A DNA stretch of 64,000 bases, taken from the IMG/VR virus record IMGVR_UViG_2940228231_000002, positions 49,741-113,740 of that record. One strand, 5' to 3'. Positions 39,571-50,830 of the stretch are shown in pieces; positions within the stretch are counted from its first letter, which is position 1, and the number at the start of each line of letters is the position of its first letter. The notes below the pieces were generated by a model. It saw only the letters and a list, made by a program, of their open reading frames with translations, made no database searches and was not told the origin of the DNA. The translations under genes were made by a program, and so were the position numbers. This DNA comes from a virus (taxonomy: Duplodnaviria; Caudoviricetes).

Positions 39571-40113
39571 GTGATGACTATGGGCTACTCTAGTCCTAGT
39601 GAACTGATTGCGGCCTTAGAGAAAGATAAGAAGTTGAATAAGCAAATTCAAAGTCAAGTCGCATCAGATGGTGGCACTACTTATGACGCAAAGAGTCTGA
39701 ATAAATGTGCTGCTGAACTCATGTCCTTAATTATAACAAATCTAGAAAAATACTATAGTAGTTATAACCCTATTGAATACCCAAGAACATACAATCTAAG
39801 AGGGATGTTTAGCGCGCCTATAATAGATGCCAACAATGGCACAATACAAATACCGTTTTCAGGCAACGCTTTTCACCCCAGCGCATTGGAAAATGATGTT
39901 CATTATAGTTTCGTACCGATACTGCTGAACTATGGGTGGTCAGTCAAAGGGTCAACCAAGAGGAATAGCCGCTTTGAACATTTTGAAGGAAGTATGTTTA
40001 TTACAAACGCCATCAATTCGTTCAACAGAAAATATGCAAAAGACGGAATCACCGCAAAGTTTATAGTTGCTGGCGAAGATGCCGAAATGTCTAGCTATTC
40101 CCCTTACTTATAA
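39571..40113 (+). CDS. Hypothetical tail-associated protein
   Basis: Y.P..Y.RT..L motif typical of phage tail components. Confidence 0.6.
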   Translation: MMTMGYSSPSELIAALEKDKKLNKQIQSQVASDGGTTYDAKSLNKCAAELMSLIITNLEKYYSSYNPIEYPRTYNLRGMFSAPIIDANNGTIQIPFSGNAFHPSALENDVHYSFVPILLNYGWSVKGSTKRNSRFEHFEGSMFITNAINSFNRKYAKDGITAKFIVAGEDAEMSSYSPYL

Positions 40114-40134
40114 GAAAAACGGAGGAAAAAACGT

Positions 40135-40536
40135 ATGAAAGATATATTATTAGAAGTCTTTGTTGTGCACTTTGCAGATGTGATTGCCCTATTCTTAGTG
40201 ACAGTTGTTGTCGCATTGATTGGGAAGTTAATGGGAGTGTTAAAAACAAAGCTAACATCAGAACAGTTGGAGCACATTAAGAAATGGGCAAAAATCCTAG
40301 TTGAATCAGCACAAAGATTGGAAGAGTCTGGTGGATTGAATAATACCACCAAAAAAGAGTTGGTTATGAATCAACTAATGGAGCTCGTAGAATCTTCAAA
40401 GTTTAAGTTCACTGAAGCCCAAATAGATGCAATTAGAAGAGCCGCCGTAGTATCTATGGAGAATCTTTCAATGCAGATGGATGTAATTTTGGACGACTTT
40501 TTATCAGACGTGCAAGAAGAAGCAGACATCAATTAA
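40135..40536 (+). CDS. Putative holin (LL-H-like)
   Basis: N-terminal TM helix then V..AQ...KK..V...I...AV pattern. Confidence 0.6.
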   Translation: MKDILLEVFVVHFADVIALFLVTVVVALIGKLMGVLKTKLTSEQLEHIKKWAKILVESAQRLEESGGLNNTTKKELVMNQLMELVESSKFKFTEAQIDAIRRAAVVSMENLSMQMDVILDDFLSDVQEEADIN

Positions 40537-40583
40537 CTCCAACAATTGTCGTTCTAGATGCAAGAAATTATTAAGGAGTATTA

Positions 40584-41027
40584 ATGATCACATTAGAATT
40601 TTTAGCAAGAAACTCTGGTTATATAATAACGATGATTACTTTGCTCACGCTTTTAATCAGACCCATTAGGCAGGCTTTGTTTGCCCTATTGGAGAAAATG
40701 AAAAAGAATGAAGCAGACGACAAACAACTTGAAGCACTGGTGCTTGCCGTGGGTGAAATGAAATGTCAACTGACAGAGCAGTATGACATTATCCAAAAGG
40801 AGCTCACAGCACAGCACATTGAAGACGATAGACAGAAAGACGCACTCAGGTGTATGCTGAGGAACACAATCACACATATTTACTATAAATATGAAGAATT
40901 GAAAGTGATACCGAAGCTAGAAAAAGAAAACTTTGCAAAACTTTGTGAAGTGTATTTCAGCGTACTAGACGGAAATAGTTATGTAAATGAAATATATGAA
41001 ATCGTGATGCACATGCCAGTTATCTAA
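40584..41027 (+). CDS. Membrane-anchored coiled-coil protein (holin-associated)
   Basis: N-terminal TM helix; LR..I...Y and GNS motifs. Confidence 0.55.
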   Translation: MITLEFLARNSGYIITMITLLTLLIRPIRQALFALLEKMKKNEADDKQLEALVLAVGEMKCQLTEQYDIIQKELTAQHIEDDRQKDALRCMLRNTITHIYYKYEELKVIPKLEKENFAKLCEVYFSVLDGNSYVNEIYEIVMHMPVI

Positions 41028-41112
41028 AGACAGGTTTAATCCTGTCTTTTGCGTTTTTCAAAGAAAGTGAAAGATAGGGTTAAATCTAAAAGTTTGAAAA
41101 GGAGTTGACTGC

Positions 41113-44100
41113 ATGGGAAATGCAATAAAAAGTGGCTATCAAGTCACAGTCGGGTTAGATACCACGGAAATCCCGAATTATAAAGATGAAATAAATACAC
41201 AGTTGAAGAATATGTCAAAAGACATCAAACTCACTGTAAAGCCCGATCTTGCGGGTATTGACACTCTTAAAGCTGCTATTGAGCAGTTAAAAAAAGAGCA
41301 GATTGTCAAACTCACACTAGACGAATCCGAGGCAATAGCCTCAGTTAATAAAATCTCAGATACCTTTACAAAGGCATTCACCAGTAATTTTAGTGCAAAG
41401 GCGTTTGATGGTTTTGCAGGTGCAATGAAAAATGTCAGCACTGCGTCACAAACAGTTGCAACCGCTGCTGAAAAAGCCAAGACTGCGGTTCAACAGATTG
41501 GCAGCGTTTCAGGAGAGCAGGTTACTGATACAAATAGGTTAACTAGTAGTTTGAAAAAGTTCGCCACTGCACTTAGCGATATGGGTGGGGCTGAAGGTGG
41601 ATTTGAGGCGCTTAAAACAAACGCTGCTAATATAAGTAGCATAATACAGTCTCTTACAACTAATGAAAAAAAGATTGATATTGGTTCGGGTGCAGTTGTT
41701 AAAGACTTAGATAAAATAAGAAACAATCTTGATGGTATTAGTAGAAAAATCAAAGACTTATCAAAAATGGATATTGATACTGATTCTATAGAAAAAGTAG
41801 CAACTGTTAAAAAATCGAAAACCACTAAAAAGGAAGAGGCAAAACCACTTGGCGAGAACATCAATACTGGTGCAGATGAAGCCAGCAAAAAGCTAGTGAG
41901 TGTGCATGATACTTTAATTGATATTAGCAAAGCAATTGAAGCAATGCCAACGCTTGGAATTACAAAAAGTGCTGTCGATGCAAACAAAGAACTAGGAAAT
42001 GTACACAACTCTTTAATTGGTCTTGGTAAAACAATTGAAGGTATGCCAAAGGTACAAGTTGTTAAAGCTTCGACCGAGAAGCAGGCAACAGGTGGTGGCC
42101 CTAAGAAGTCTGAAGAAGAGGCGGTTCTTTCTGTTAAAAAGAAGCAGAACGATGCAGACGCTGAAAACTTAAGAATACAGGCAGAAGCTAAGGCACAGGC
42201 TAACGAAGAAGCTAGAATTTATACAGAAAAACTAACAATAGCAAAAGAACTAAATGCAGAATATACCAAATCAATTAAGGCTGAAATTGGAAAGAGTGAA
42301 ATTAACAACGTAGAAGAGCTGAAAGCCATCCGAGAAATCACCGAGGCTAATAAGAAGAAATACAACGATTATTTAAACATAACACAATTAAATAAAGAAG
42401 ATTTAGATGTTTTGCAGAAAAAGGTGTCTACCGCTGAAGAAGAGGTTAGAACCGCTCAACAACTGGCAGAAGCTAAGCGAAAGGATAGCTTAAACAAGGA
42501 CTATAGCAATGCGAATAAAACTCTACTCGGATTGGAAGACTCGCTTGTTAGAAAACGTAAGACTCTAGAGGGTACCGATAAGTTTGACAGCGATGAATAT
42601 GCTAAGCAGATTGTGGAATTAAATGAAATTGTTGATTTACGCAATAGAATCAAAGAACTTCAAGATACTGGAGGCGAGCCAAGCGTTTCAGAAGTTGAAG
42701 AGCTAAAGAAGAGAACCGAGGCTTTAAAGCGGTATGAAGAAGGGCTTACAAAGGTCACAAATGTTCGTAATATAGATGCAAAAGAACAAAGTAAATTAAC
42801 ATCAATCAGCCAAGCAATTACCAAAGACTTAAATGAAAATGGAAAAGCTATTAAGAAGATAGAACCGTTATATCAGAGATATATAACGCTTCAAAACCAA
42901 ATTTTTAATCAGACTATAAGTGGAGACGCAGCAAGAGAAGAACTCGCCAAGATTAGAATGGAAGCAGAAAAAGCTGGCATAACAACCAATACCCTTTTGG
43001 GACGGTTAAAGCAACTGTATAACAATAGAGGAGCTTCTATCATTGCATCTAAAGCAGTCCTTTTACTAGGTAGAGCTTTTCGTGATGTTTATCGAAATGT
43101 TGTAGATGTTGATACTGCAATGACTGAGTTGCGAAAAGTAACAAACGCAACTAGCCAAGAGTATAATGCCTTCTTAGATGGTGCTGGCGACAGAGCTCAG
43201 AAACTCGGTGCCACGCTGAAAGACGTTGTTTCGTCAAGCGCAGACTTCGCTAGATTAGGATATAATATTCCACAAGCATCTGCACTGTCTGATACTGCAC
43301 TCGTCTACTTAAATGTAGGTGACGAAGTTGAGAGCATAGATGATGCAACGAAGTCTATTATAAGTACAATGCAGGGTTTTGGCATAGAAGCTGAAAACTC
43401 GATGAGCATTGTTGATAAATTCAACCAAGTTGGTAACGAATTTGCAACCACATCAGGTGGCATAGGTGAAGGTATGTTGCGTTCAGCAGCAGCACTACAC
43501 GCCGCTAACAACTCACTAGATGAGTCAATCGCACTGTTCACAGCGGGACAGGAAGTTGTACAAAACGCTGAAAGTATGGGGACGGTACTTAAAACCACTT
43601 CCATGCGCATCAGAGGGGCCAAGACCGACCTAGAAGAGGCTGGTGAAGACACTGATGGTATGGCTACATCTGTCTCTAAATTAAGAGACGAACTGGTCGC
43701 CCTCACAGGTGGCTTCGATATAATGAAGAACGGTGGACAGGAATTCAAGTCCACGTATGAAATATTAAAGGGAATTTCTGATAGTTGGGAAAAGATGACA
43801 GACGTATCTCAAGCCAACGTATTAGAACTTCTAGCAGGAAAACGAAACGCTAACGCCCTTGCTGCGATTATCAAGAACTTCGATCAAGCAGAAAAGGTGC
43901 TAGCAACCTCTCAGAATAGTGCAGGCAAACAAAACTGCCTGAATGTACAGAAATGTGCATAAAGAACAGATCTAAAACCAGTAAATCCTAAAGCTCAACT
44001 ACTACAGTAGGGATGAAATATGCTGCTACGAATGTAACGAAAGTAAAACAACAGTTGAGATGATATATGGACAAAATCCTAAGTATCGCTACAATGGAAG

Positions 44101-47100
44101 CTTGGTCGCAAAATCTCGAATAGAGACGAGTCAAACGACTATCCCATAGGACTTCGGTCAATAGGAGTACGACGCAAATTTATGGCGTGGGTGAGAATCC
44201 CTTAAATGGAAAAGGTCTGCCCTTAACACGTTATGGTGAAGGTGAAGAAATAGTCTTAACGTCATACGAAAGTATGAGTTTATTATCAAATATAATAAAT
44301 GCAAGAGTTATGACCTTGCAAAAAATAATGAGTGCTCTGAGAGAAAACGAGATTTATCTCGATTCTATCCAAGGTAAGACAGATAAACTAACAGCCACAT
44401 GGCAAGTATTATCAAACAATTTATTGTCTTCAGATGCTGTAAAAGTTGTTATCGACGGCTTTAATCTAGCACTGACGACTGTAAATGCCCTCGTCGATGC
44501 CCTCGGACTATTGCCAGGATTGATTGCCGCTATCGGCACTTCATGGGCGAAAGCTAATAAAGTAGGTGAAGAATGTGCCCTCTTACCACAAGCCGTATAG
44601 GCAAGTGTTAGGAAGTTGATGACCGTCAATCATCAATACTTAATTTCCAAATTGCTGGGACTAGCTAAAGTTCGCAGACTAAAGCGGAACTGGAAACGGT
44701 AAACGTAAATGTGGGGAAACCCAGAAAAAACATGCGAAATGGTGTAAGCTGAGATAAAAGCCCTCACGGGTGCTAACCACCACAACAATGCTAAATCAGC
44801 AGCCAACTCCCTGCCCTACTATTTGTAGAATGGGAAAGTGCCCAACGACTGTAAGGAAATTGGAGCCCGTAAAGGACTTCTAAGAGACAGTCTGAACATG
44901 TGCAGAAATTGCACAGAGTAGAGTTGAAGTACTCTACCGCCGTAATTACAATAAAACACAATAAGATATGATTAAACACAAATAAATATGAAGAAATAGA
45001 AAAAATGGTTGAAAATTAAACTAAGTGGTGTATAATATAAATACAAAGAAAGAGTCATAAACGACTGGCTCAATTTGAATAGTTAAAGAAAAAACCACTC
45101 ACACTGCCAAGTCGAGAGTGGTTTTTCTTTACTTCGAGCGCTTTGAAAAGACTTGACTCTGTTGAATATTGGTGTATAATATAAATACAAAGAGCTACCG
45201 ATAGACGGTTAGCCAAAATGTTTAGTTGAAAAATAACCGAACCTTTGGACTTGGGCGGTTATTTTTTATTGCTCGTATATGTCAATATCAGTACAATTAA
45301 CGTAGATACGCCAATCACTACTGACAGAGTTTCATAACTCGTCAACTTATCACCTCCCTCCGTTTATGCGATTAGGACTTGCCAAAAGGCGTACCTTACT
45401 GCAATGATAACGTGGAGGCTAACCGCCTACCGCTTTGGTAGCTCAGGTATATTATAGCGCAACATTCAAGTCTTGAAAAGGAAAAAAGTTTCACAAAATA
45501 TGAGCGAGTTTTAGGAAAGATTTCACAAAATATGAATGAGTTTTAGATAAGAAAAAAGAGAGATGAAGGTCTCTCTTTTCATATGCAAAACGTACAACAT
45601 TGGAGAGTGTGCGCGTTTGCCAATATTATTTACTGCTCAGCTCCCATGAGTGGCCGCAGTTGTTGCAGACTTTGATCATTTTGTTGGCGCCAATCACACC
45701 AGCAACCGCACCAACGTCGAGGAATCCCGTGATCGCAGTGGTCGCTATCGCCCTGCCCCACTTCATGCCCCGCTTCTGTACGAACAGGTCTTGGGAATTG
45801 CATTTTGGACAGTATGGCTTACTAGGGTCGTTTCCAGCAGCGATTTCAGAAGCACGCCACTCTTCGTATTCTTTTTTATTTTGTTCATCTTTAAAGGCAA
45901 TCATAGCGTCATACGCTTCTTCACTATATGAATCGCCGAGAACTTTAGATGCAATAAATTTAAATTGACCATTTATATCGTGATCAAATAGGTGCTTTTC
46001 TGTAGAAGAGTTGTATATCTTAGACCACTGATTTGAGGTATGTCCAGAATCTACAAAATCACTACCACAAAATATACATTTACCATCTATTGCACTATAC
46101 TTCTCAAAATCAGGACTCATAATACCCTTGCCACATCCTTTGCAGACAGCAAGATGTTTTTTATCAATCTTATCATATACACTAACCATATAGACCTCCA
46201 TAGTTTATCAGTGTTATTATATTGATTATATCATATCTAAAAATAAAATCAAGGATCGTAATTACGGTCAGTAGCAGATTGACAATCTGTGAAAGTAACA
46301 GTTTGACATTCAGAGACAAAACAAATGACATAAGTGGAAAAGGCATTAAAGGAAAATTTGAAGCTTTATCACACAATTGGGGCGGAAGCATAACTGGATA
46401 TTTCAGCGGAAAAAACGGAAGTGCTGGGGTTGATGCGAGTTTAGCTGAAGTTGAGGTAATAAAGAAAATCAATGAGGAGTTTTCAAAAGGCGTTAAACCA
46501 GTAGATGCACTAGCGAATGCTGGTGGAAAACTCAAAGACAGACTAGAAGAACTTGTTAAAAATTCAGATGGAGTCCAGATGTCCATTGTGGAAGCTGGAA
46601 AAGGAGCTAAAGTAGGTGCAACAGGATTCCAACTACTAAAACTTCAAGTTGCTTCTACAATGACTGCGATGAAAGCTATGGCAAAGAGCTTCCTTATTTG
46701 GTTCGCTGTCATGGAAATCATCAACCTAGTCATAAAAGGCATCAAGTGGATGTTCGATACTGCACCGACCAAGAATCATATCCGTGAATGGGCAGAAGAA
46801 GCCCGTACTGCACTTGAAGACACTCGTAAGGAAGTAGATTCTGTAACATCAGAGCTTGAGACTATGAGGGACAGGATTGCAGAACTTGAGGGAATGGGAA
46901 ATCTTACTCTGACGGAACAAAGTGAGCTTGACCAACTAAAACAGCAAAATGCTGAACTATCAAAGAAATTGGCAATCCTTAAAGCCATTGAAGCTGAACA
47001 AAGCAGAGAGGCTTCTAGGAAGAGCTTTGCGGCTGCCGAGTCTTATGGTAAAAGTGAAGTCAAATACTCTGCTGCTACAGGTAGAGGTGGAGAGGTCGTT

Positions 47101-50100
47101 GCCCCTAATGTAGAATCAGACGCCATGTATAAAGACCTTGAACGCTATGTTGAACTATATAAAGAAGCTCAAGAAGAAATCGACAAGCTCAGTCCTTCCA
47201 GTGAAAAAGATAGAAAGAAATTTGAAGAACTGACCAAAGAAGCTGAAGGATATAAATCTTTCATTGTAGAGCTCTCTCAAGGCGTTTCAAAAGAGCTTGA
47301 AGGCGTCAACCGAGATAATCTATCAGCAGACCAATTACAAAAATATGATCAAATGATCAACGAGATTCAAAGTAGTTTGATAAATGTTGGCGTTTTAAAT
47401 ATGGGAGACATATTATCATCTGCTTTAAGTTCGAAAGAACTACAAGCACTTTCTGCCAACATGCAAGACCTTGCAGACTCTCAAAAAGAGATAAATGAAA
47501 ACTCAATTACAGAAGCAATTGGGCAAGATGCAGTTAATCTTCTAAATCAATACGGAATATCTATTGAGCAGTTGGTTGAAAATGTCGAAGCCCTTAGAGG
47601 GATTAGTGGTACTGTTGATAATGTATCGAAAAGTGATAAATTTAAAGACCAAGATATTAATGGGAAAATAAGTGCTATTACATCCGACAAAGACTTCAAT
47701 ATAGACATCACTTCTGCGACAAGTGCGCTTGGCAAAGACTTTGTTAAAGCGTGTGAAGAAGCGGGAGTTTCAGCAGAAGAATTGGTTGAGTGGTTAAAAT
47801 CAGTTCAGAAACAATCCGAAAAAACATCTCTTAGCGGGATGGTTGAAGAGTTTGCAGACTTTGAAGAAAAGATACAAACAGTTGTTGGTGCTATAGACGA
47901 ATTCAAAGAAAATAGCGGAAATGTGTCAGCCTCCTCTATTAAGGATGTTGCCGATGCATTCGAGTCTATGTCTGGCACTAAAGAATTTGAGAACATGATC
48001 AAGGTACTCTCTAATTCAGCATCTTCTATTGAAGAAGTTGAAAGTTCGATGAGTAATTTGGTCAATGCGTACTTACAGTCTAGCAATGTAATGGCAGACT
48101 TGAATGAAGGGACAAAAGAGTTATATATTAACAGACTCAAAGCCCAAGGTATAGCGAATGCAGAGGTTGTTGTAGAATATCAGTTGGCTAAAGCCAAATA
48201 TATGTCAGCAGACGCTAGTGATGCTCAACGTGCTGCCGCATTAGAAGAAATGCAGGCTATTATTTTAAACACAGGAGCGTTAGACAGGAATGCGGCGGCG
48301 GCATTAAGTGCTGCTGAGATGACGAGTCTGTTCGCAGGATATCAACAATTGGCGGCTGGAAATAACTTTGCATCTGTAGTTTCAAACCATGCAGTTGCAC
48401 TTGGAAAAGTAGCATCTGCTGCTGGCCCTGCTGCTGCTAATTTAAAAAAATATGTTGATATTGTTAGTGAAATCGCATCAATCAAAGGAATGCTTTCTGG
48501 TAAAAAACTAGACAACAGAGTAAAAACACGCCTAAATAGCCGACTTAAAGGACTTAGTAAAACATTAGATCGATATGCAGAAGAGGCAGAAAAAGAGTTT
48601 AACAACTTATTTGTTGCTGATATAAGCTTCAGTAGCGGTGGTGTTGCTGGTTCTGGAGGTTCTGGTGGTTCTGGCGGTAGTAAAGGCACATCAGCCTCAG
48701 ACAAGCGTAAAAATAAATATGACTCGGCGAAAGAGAAGCTAGACCATAAGCTGAATATGAACTACATTTCATATGCGACCTACTACAAACGCCTAGAAAA
48801 ACTCGGCAAGAAATACCTAAAAGGGCAGAAAGGTAATGCGGCTGATTACCGCAAACACCTCGAAGAGCTCGCAGATGTTAGAAAAGCGGCGTTCGACAAG
48901 GAAGAAGCTCAGAACGATAAGAAATACGCCAAAGGGCAAATCAGCCTGCGTACTTATCATAAGAGAACGCTCGCCTCAATTAAAAAGTGGCTCAAAACCA
49001 GCAAGGCAAATCAGGAAGATTATGCCGAAGCAATGGATGCACTTCAGAAGAAGATAAGCGACGCATGGGGCGACAGAATAAACAAACAGCAACAGCAGAT
49101 TGACCGCTTTGGCATCACTGGTTGGATTACCCCTGGCAAGAGTGAGGCAGACTATTGGCGTGACCAATTAGCCCTCTTAATCGAAGACCAAGGTAAAGGC
49201 TTGTTTACAGACACTGACGCTTTCCTAGACCTCTACTATGAAATACTAGAAAAGATTAAAAACGCCGAGGCAGAGTTGGCAGACAATGAGCTAGATAAGA
49301 TTGAGAAGAAAATCGGCAATGTTGACGACCTAGTAGATATGGTCTCCAATATGCTCAAGCAAAGACTAGAAGACCAGATTGACGCCCTTGAAGAGCAGAT
49401 AGATAAGTACAACGAAATCGTTGACCTTAAGAAGAAATCTCTCGACATAACAAGAGACGAGCTTGACTATCAGCGCGAACTTAAGGAGCAGAACGAGGAA
49501 CTGACCAAACTGCAAGCTAAGGCGGCGGTGCTAGCTCTTGACACCTCTCGTGAAGGTAAGGCGAAATACGCAGCCCTCATGGAAGAAATCAGGGCTAAAC
49601 AGCAGGATATTTCTGACAAGCAGTCTGACCACGCTTATGACGGCACTGTAGACGCACTCGACGAAGCTACTGAAAAGTACGAAAAAGAGATGCAGAAGCA
49701 GATTGATGACCTCAATGCGAAGATGGAGAATAATGGTGAGTGGCTACAGGGTGTTTATGACTACATCCAATACACAGACCCTTCTGCCCTGCTGGATGAG
49801 TTATTGGCGTATAACTATAAATACGGCGACGGACTCAACAGTACAGTGGAAGACATGTGGGAAAGAACTGAGCCCCTACTCCAATCTTATCAGTATGACA
49901 TTCGTACCATTATTGACGAACTACGCAGACTTAAGTTAGAGCAAGAGAAGCAAATCGAAGAAGCTAAATCCAATAAGAATGATAAATTCGCTGACTTGAC
50001 TCTTGAGCAAACCAAAGAAGCAGTCTCTGCCAGAAATACTAGAACAAACAGCGACGCTGACAACCTTGCCCTTCTTGCGAGAATCAAGCAAGGTAAATGG

Positions 50101-50772
50101 AACGGCGGAAAAGCTTGGTATGACTCAGAGACTAATCTAATCTGGATGGGTGATCATGGAGAGAAGAAAATGACTGCCAGTGCCTACTGGCTCATTAAAG
50201 ACATGAAAGCCATAAACAATGATACTAGCAAAACCAAAGCCCAGAAGCAAAAAGAGCTCGACCCACTACTGGAAGAGTTGCACGGGTACTATGGTTATCC
50301 AAACGCTCACTTAGATTGGAACAAGACAACTAAGAAGTTTGAACTGCACCGTAAGAAAGGAACTGCGGCCGCATATAAAGTATTCCACAGTGGACTTGGT
50401 GGCGGTTTCGTTGGCGATACATATATGCCAACAAAGAAGCAGAGCGAGACCTATGCCCTACTCAAGAATGACGAACTTGTGCTAAACAAGAACGATCAAG
50501 ACAGAATTGGGCTACAGCTTCAAACACTTAGCATGTTGACTGAATCTATCAAGGGCATCTTGCCTACAAACAGCGTTTCAAACAACAATCAATCAACTGG
50601 TATTGAGATTAATATACCAATAAACATCGATGGCAATGCCACGGGCGATACTGTGAGAGCCTTGAGGAGTGCCAGCAATCAAATCGCAAACGAGACACTC
50701 AGCAAAGTTACTGAGGCTATGAATCAGCGTGGATATAATTCGCGCGTTGGCTCAAATGCGATGAGAAGATAA
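41113..50772 (+). CDS. Tail tape measure protein; spliced from exons 41113-43926, 44331-44567 and 46306-50772 (~2505 aa)
   Basis: TP901-type core (DTAMTELRKVT, DKFNQVGN, LAGKR); splicing restores NSAG|SALRENEIYLDSIQGK and KVG|TFRD; long coiled coils. Confidence 0.88.
43927..44330 (+). mobile_element. Group I intron 1 in the tape measure gene (404 nt, ORF-less)
   Basis: P1 CAGGC/GCCUG; P10 ACU/AGU; R AAACGACTAT, S AAGAAATAGTCT; terminal G; frame restored. Confidence 0.85.
45009..45130 (+). ncRNA. Promoter-sRNA-terminator unit 1 inside the intron (orphan antitoxin-like)
   Basis: TTGAAA...TGTATAAT promoter; ~90-nt ORF-free transcript; terminator AAAAACCACTC...GAGTGGTTTTT. Confidence 0.5.
45153..45270 (+). 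ncRNA. Promoter-sRNA-terminator unit 2: antisense RNA overlapping the toxin 3' end
   Basis: TTGACT...TGTATAAT promoter; shared bidirectional terminator AAAATAACCG...CGGTTATTTT. Confidence 0.6.
45259..45345 (-). CDS. Putative type I toxin (holin-like toxin, 28 aa)
   Basis: MTSYETLSVVIGVSTLIVLILTYTSNKK*; TTG start; GGAGGTG RBS; one TM helix and a basic tail; TATAAT upstream at 45451-45456. Confidence 0.75.
   Translation of the reverse strand: MTSYETLSVVIGVSTLIVLILTYTSNKK
45626..46189 (-). CDS. Zn-ribbon membrane-associated protein (intron cargo, antisense)
   Basis: CKGC/CIFC and CPKC/CNNC pairs around a Gly-rich hydrophobic segment; own promoter (46225-46252), GGAGG RBS and terminator (45554-45580). 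Confidence 0.8.
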   Translation of the reverse strand: MVSVYDKIDKKHLAVCKGCGKGIMSPDFEKYSAIDGKCIFCGSDFVDSGHTSNQWSKIYNSSTEKHLFDHDINGQFKFIASKVLGDSYSEEAYDAMIAFKDEQNKKEYEEWRASEIAAGNDPSKPYCPKCNSQDLFVQKRGMKWGRAIATTAITGFLDVGAVAGVIGANKMIKVCNNCGHSWELSSK

Positions 50773-50781
50773 AACAATACA

Positions 50782-50807
50782 CGGGAGGGTTAACGCCCTC
50801 CCCTTTT
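50782..50807 (+). terminator. Terminator after the tape measure gene
   Basis: GGGAGGG...CCCTCCC followed by a T-run. Confidence 0.7.
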
Positions 50808-50830
50808 TAATGTGAAAAGGAGGGAACTAT

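Larger units (their letters stand above)
44568..46305 (+). mobile_element. Group I intron 2 in the tape measure gene (1738 nt) with ~1.3 kb cargo in the P9 region
   Basis: P AATTGCTGGGA, Q AATCAGCAG, R CAACGACTGT, S AAGAGACAGTCT; IGS GAAUGU-GCC pairs with 3' exon ACAUUC and 5' exon GGU; CCGTAATTAC (44940) pairs with GTAATTACGG (46258) around the cargo. Confidence 0.85.

Noticed and set aside
25847-41061. GTTTTTCAA upstream of terS, the protease and the tape measure gene as a late promoter
   Set aside because: It is short and AT-rich, and two of the three copies adjoin terminator U-tracts, so it cannot be distinguished from chance by eye.
45489-45552. Imperfect ~31-bp direct repeat (TTTCACAAAATATGA)
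   Set aside because: Only two copies; most simply a local duplication.
45626-46201. Intron ORF as a homing endonuclease
   Set aside because: It is antisense to the intron, has a hydrophobic segment and lacks HNH, GIY-YIG and LAGLIDADG motifs.
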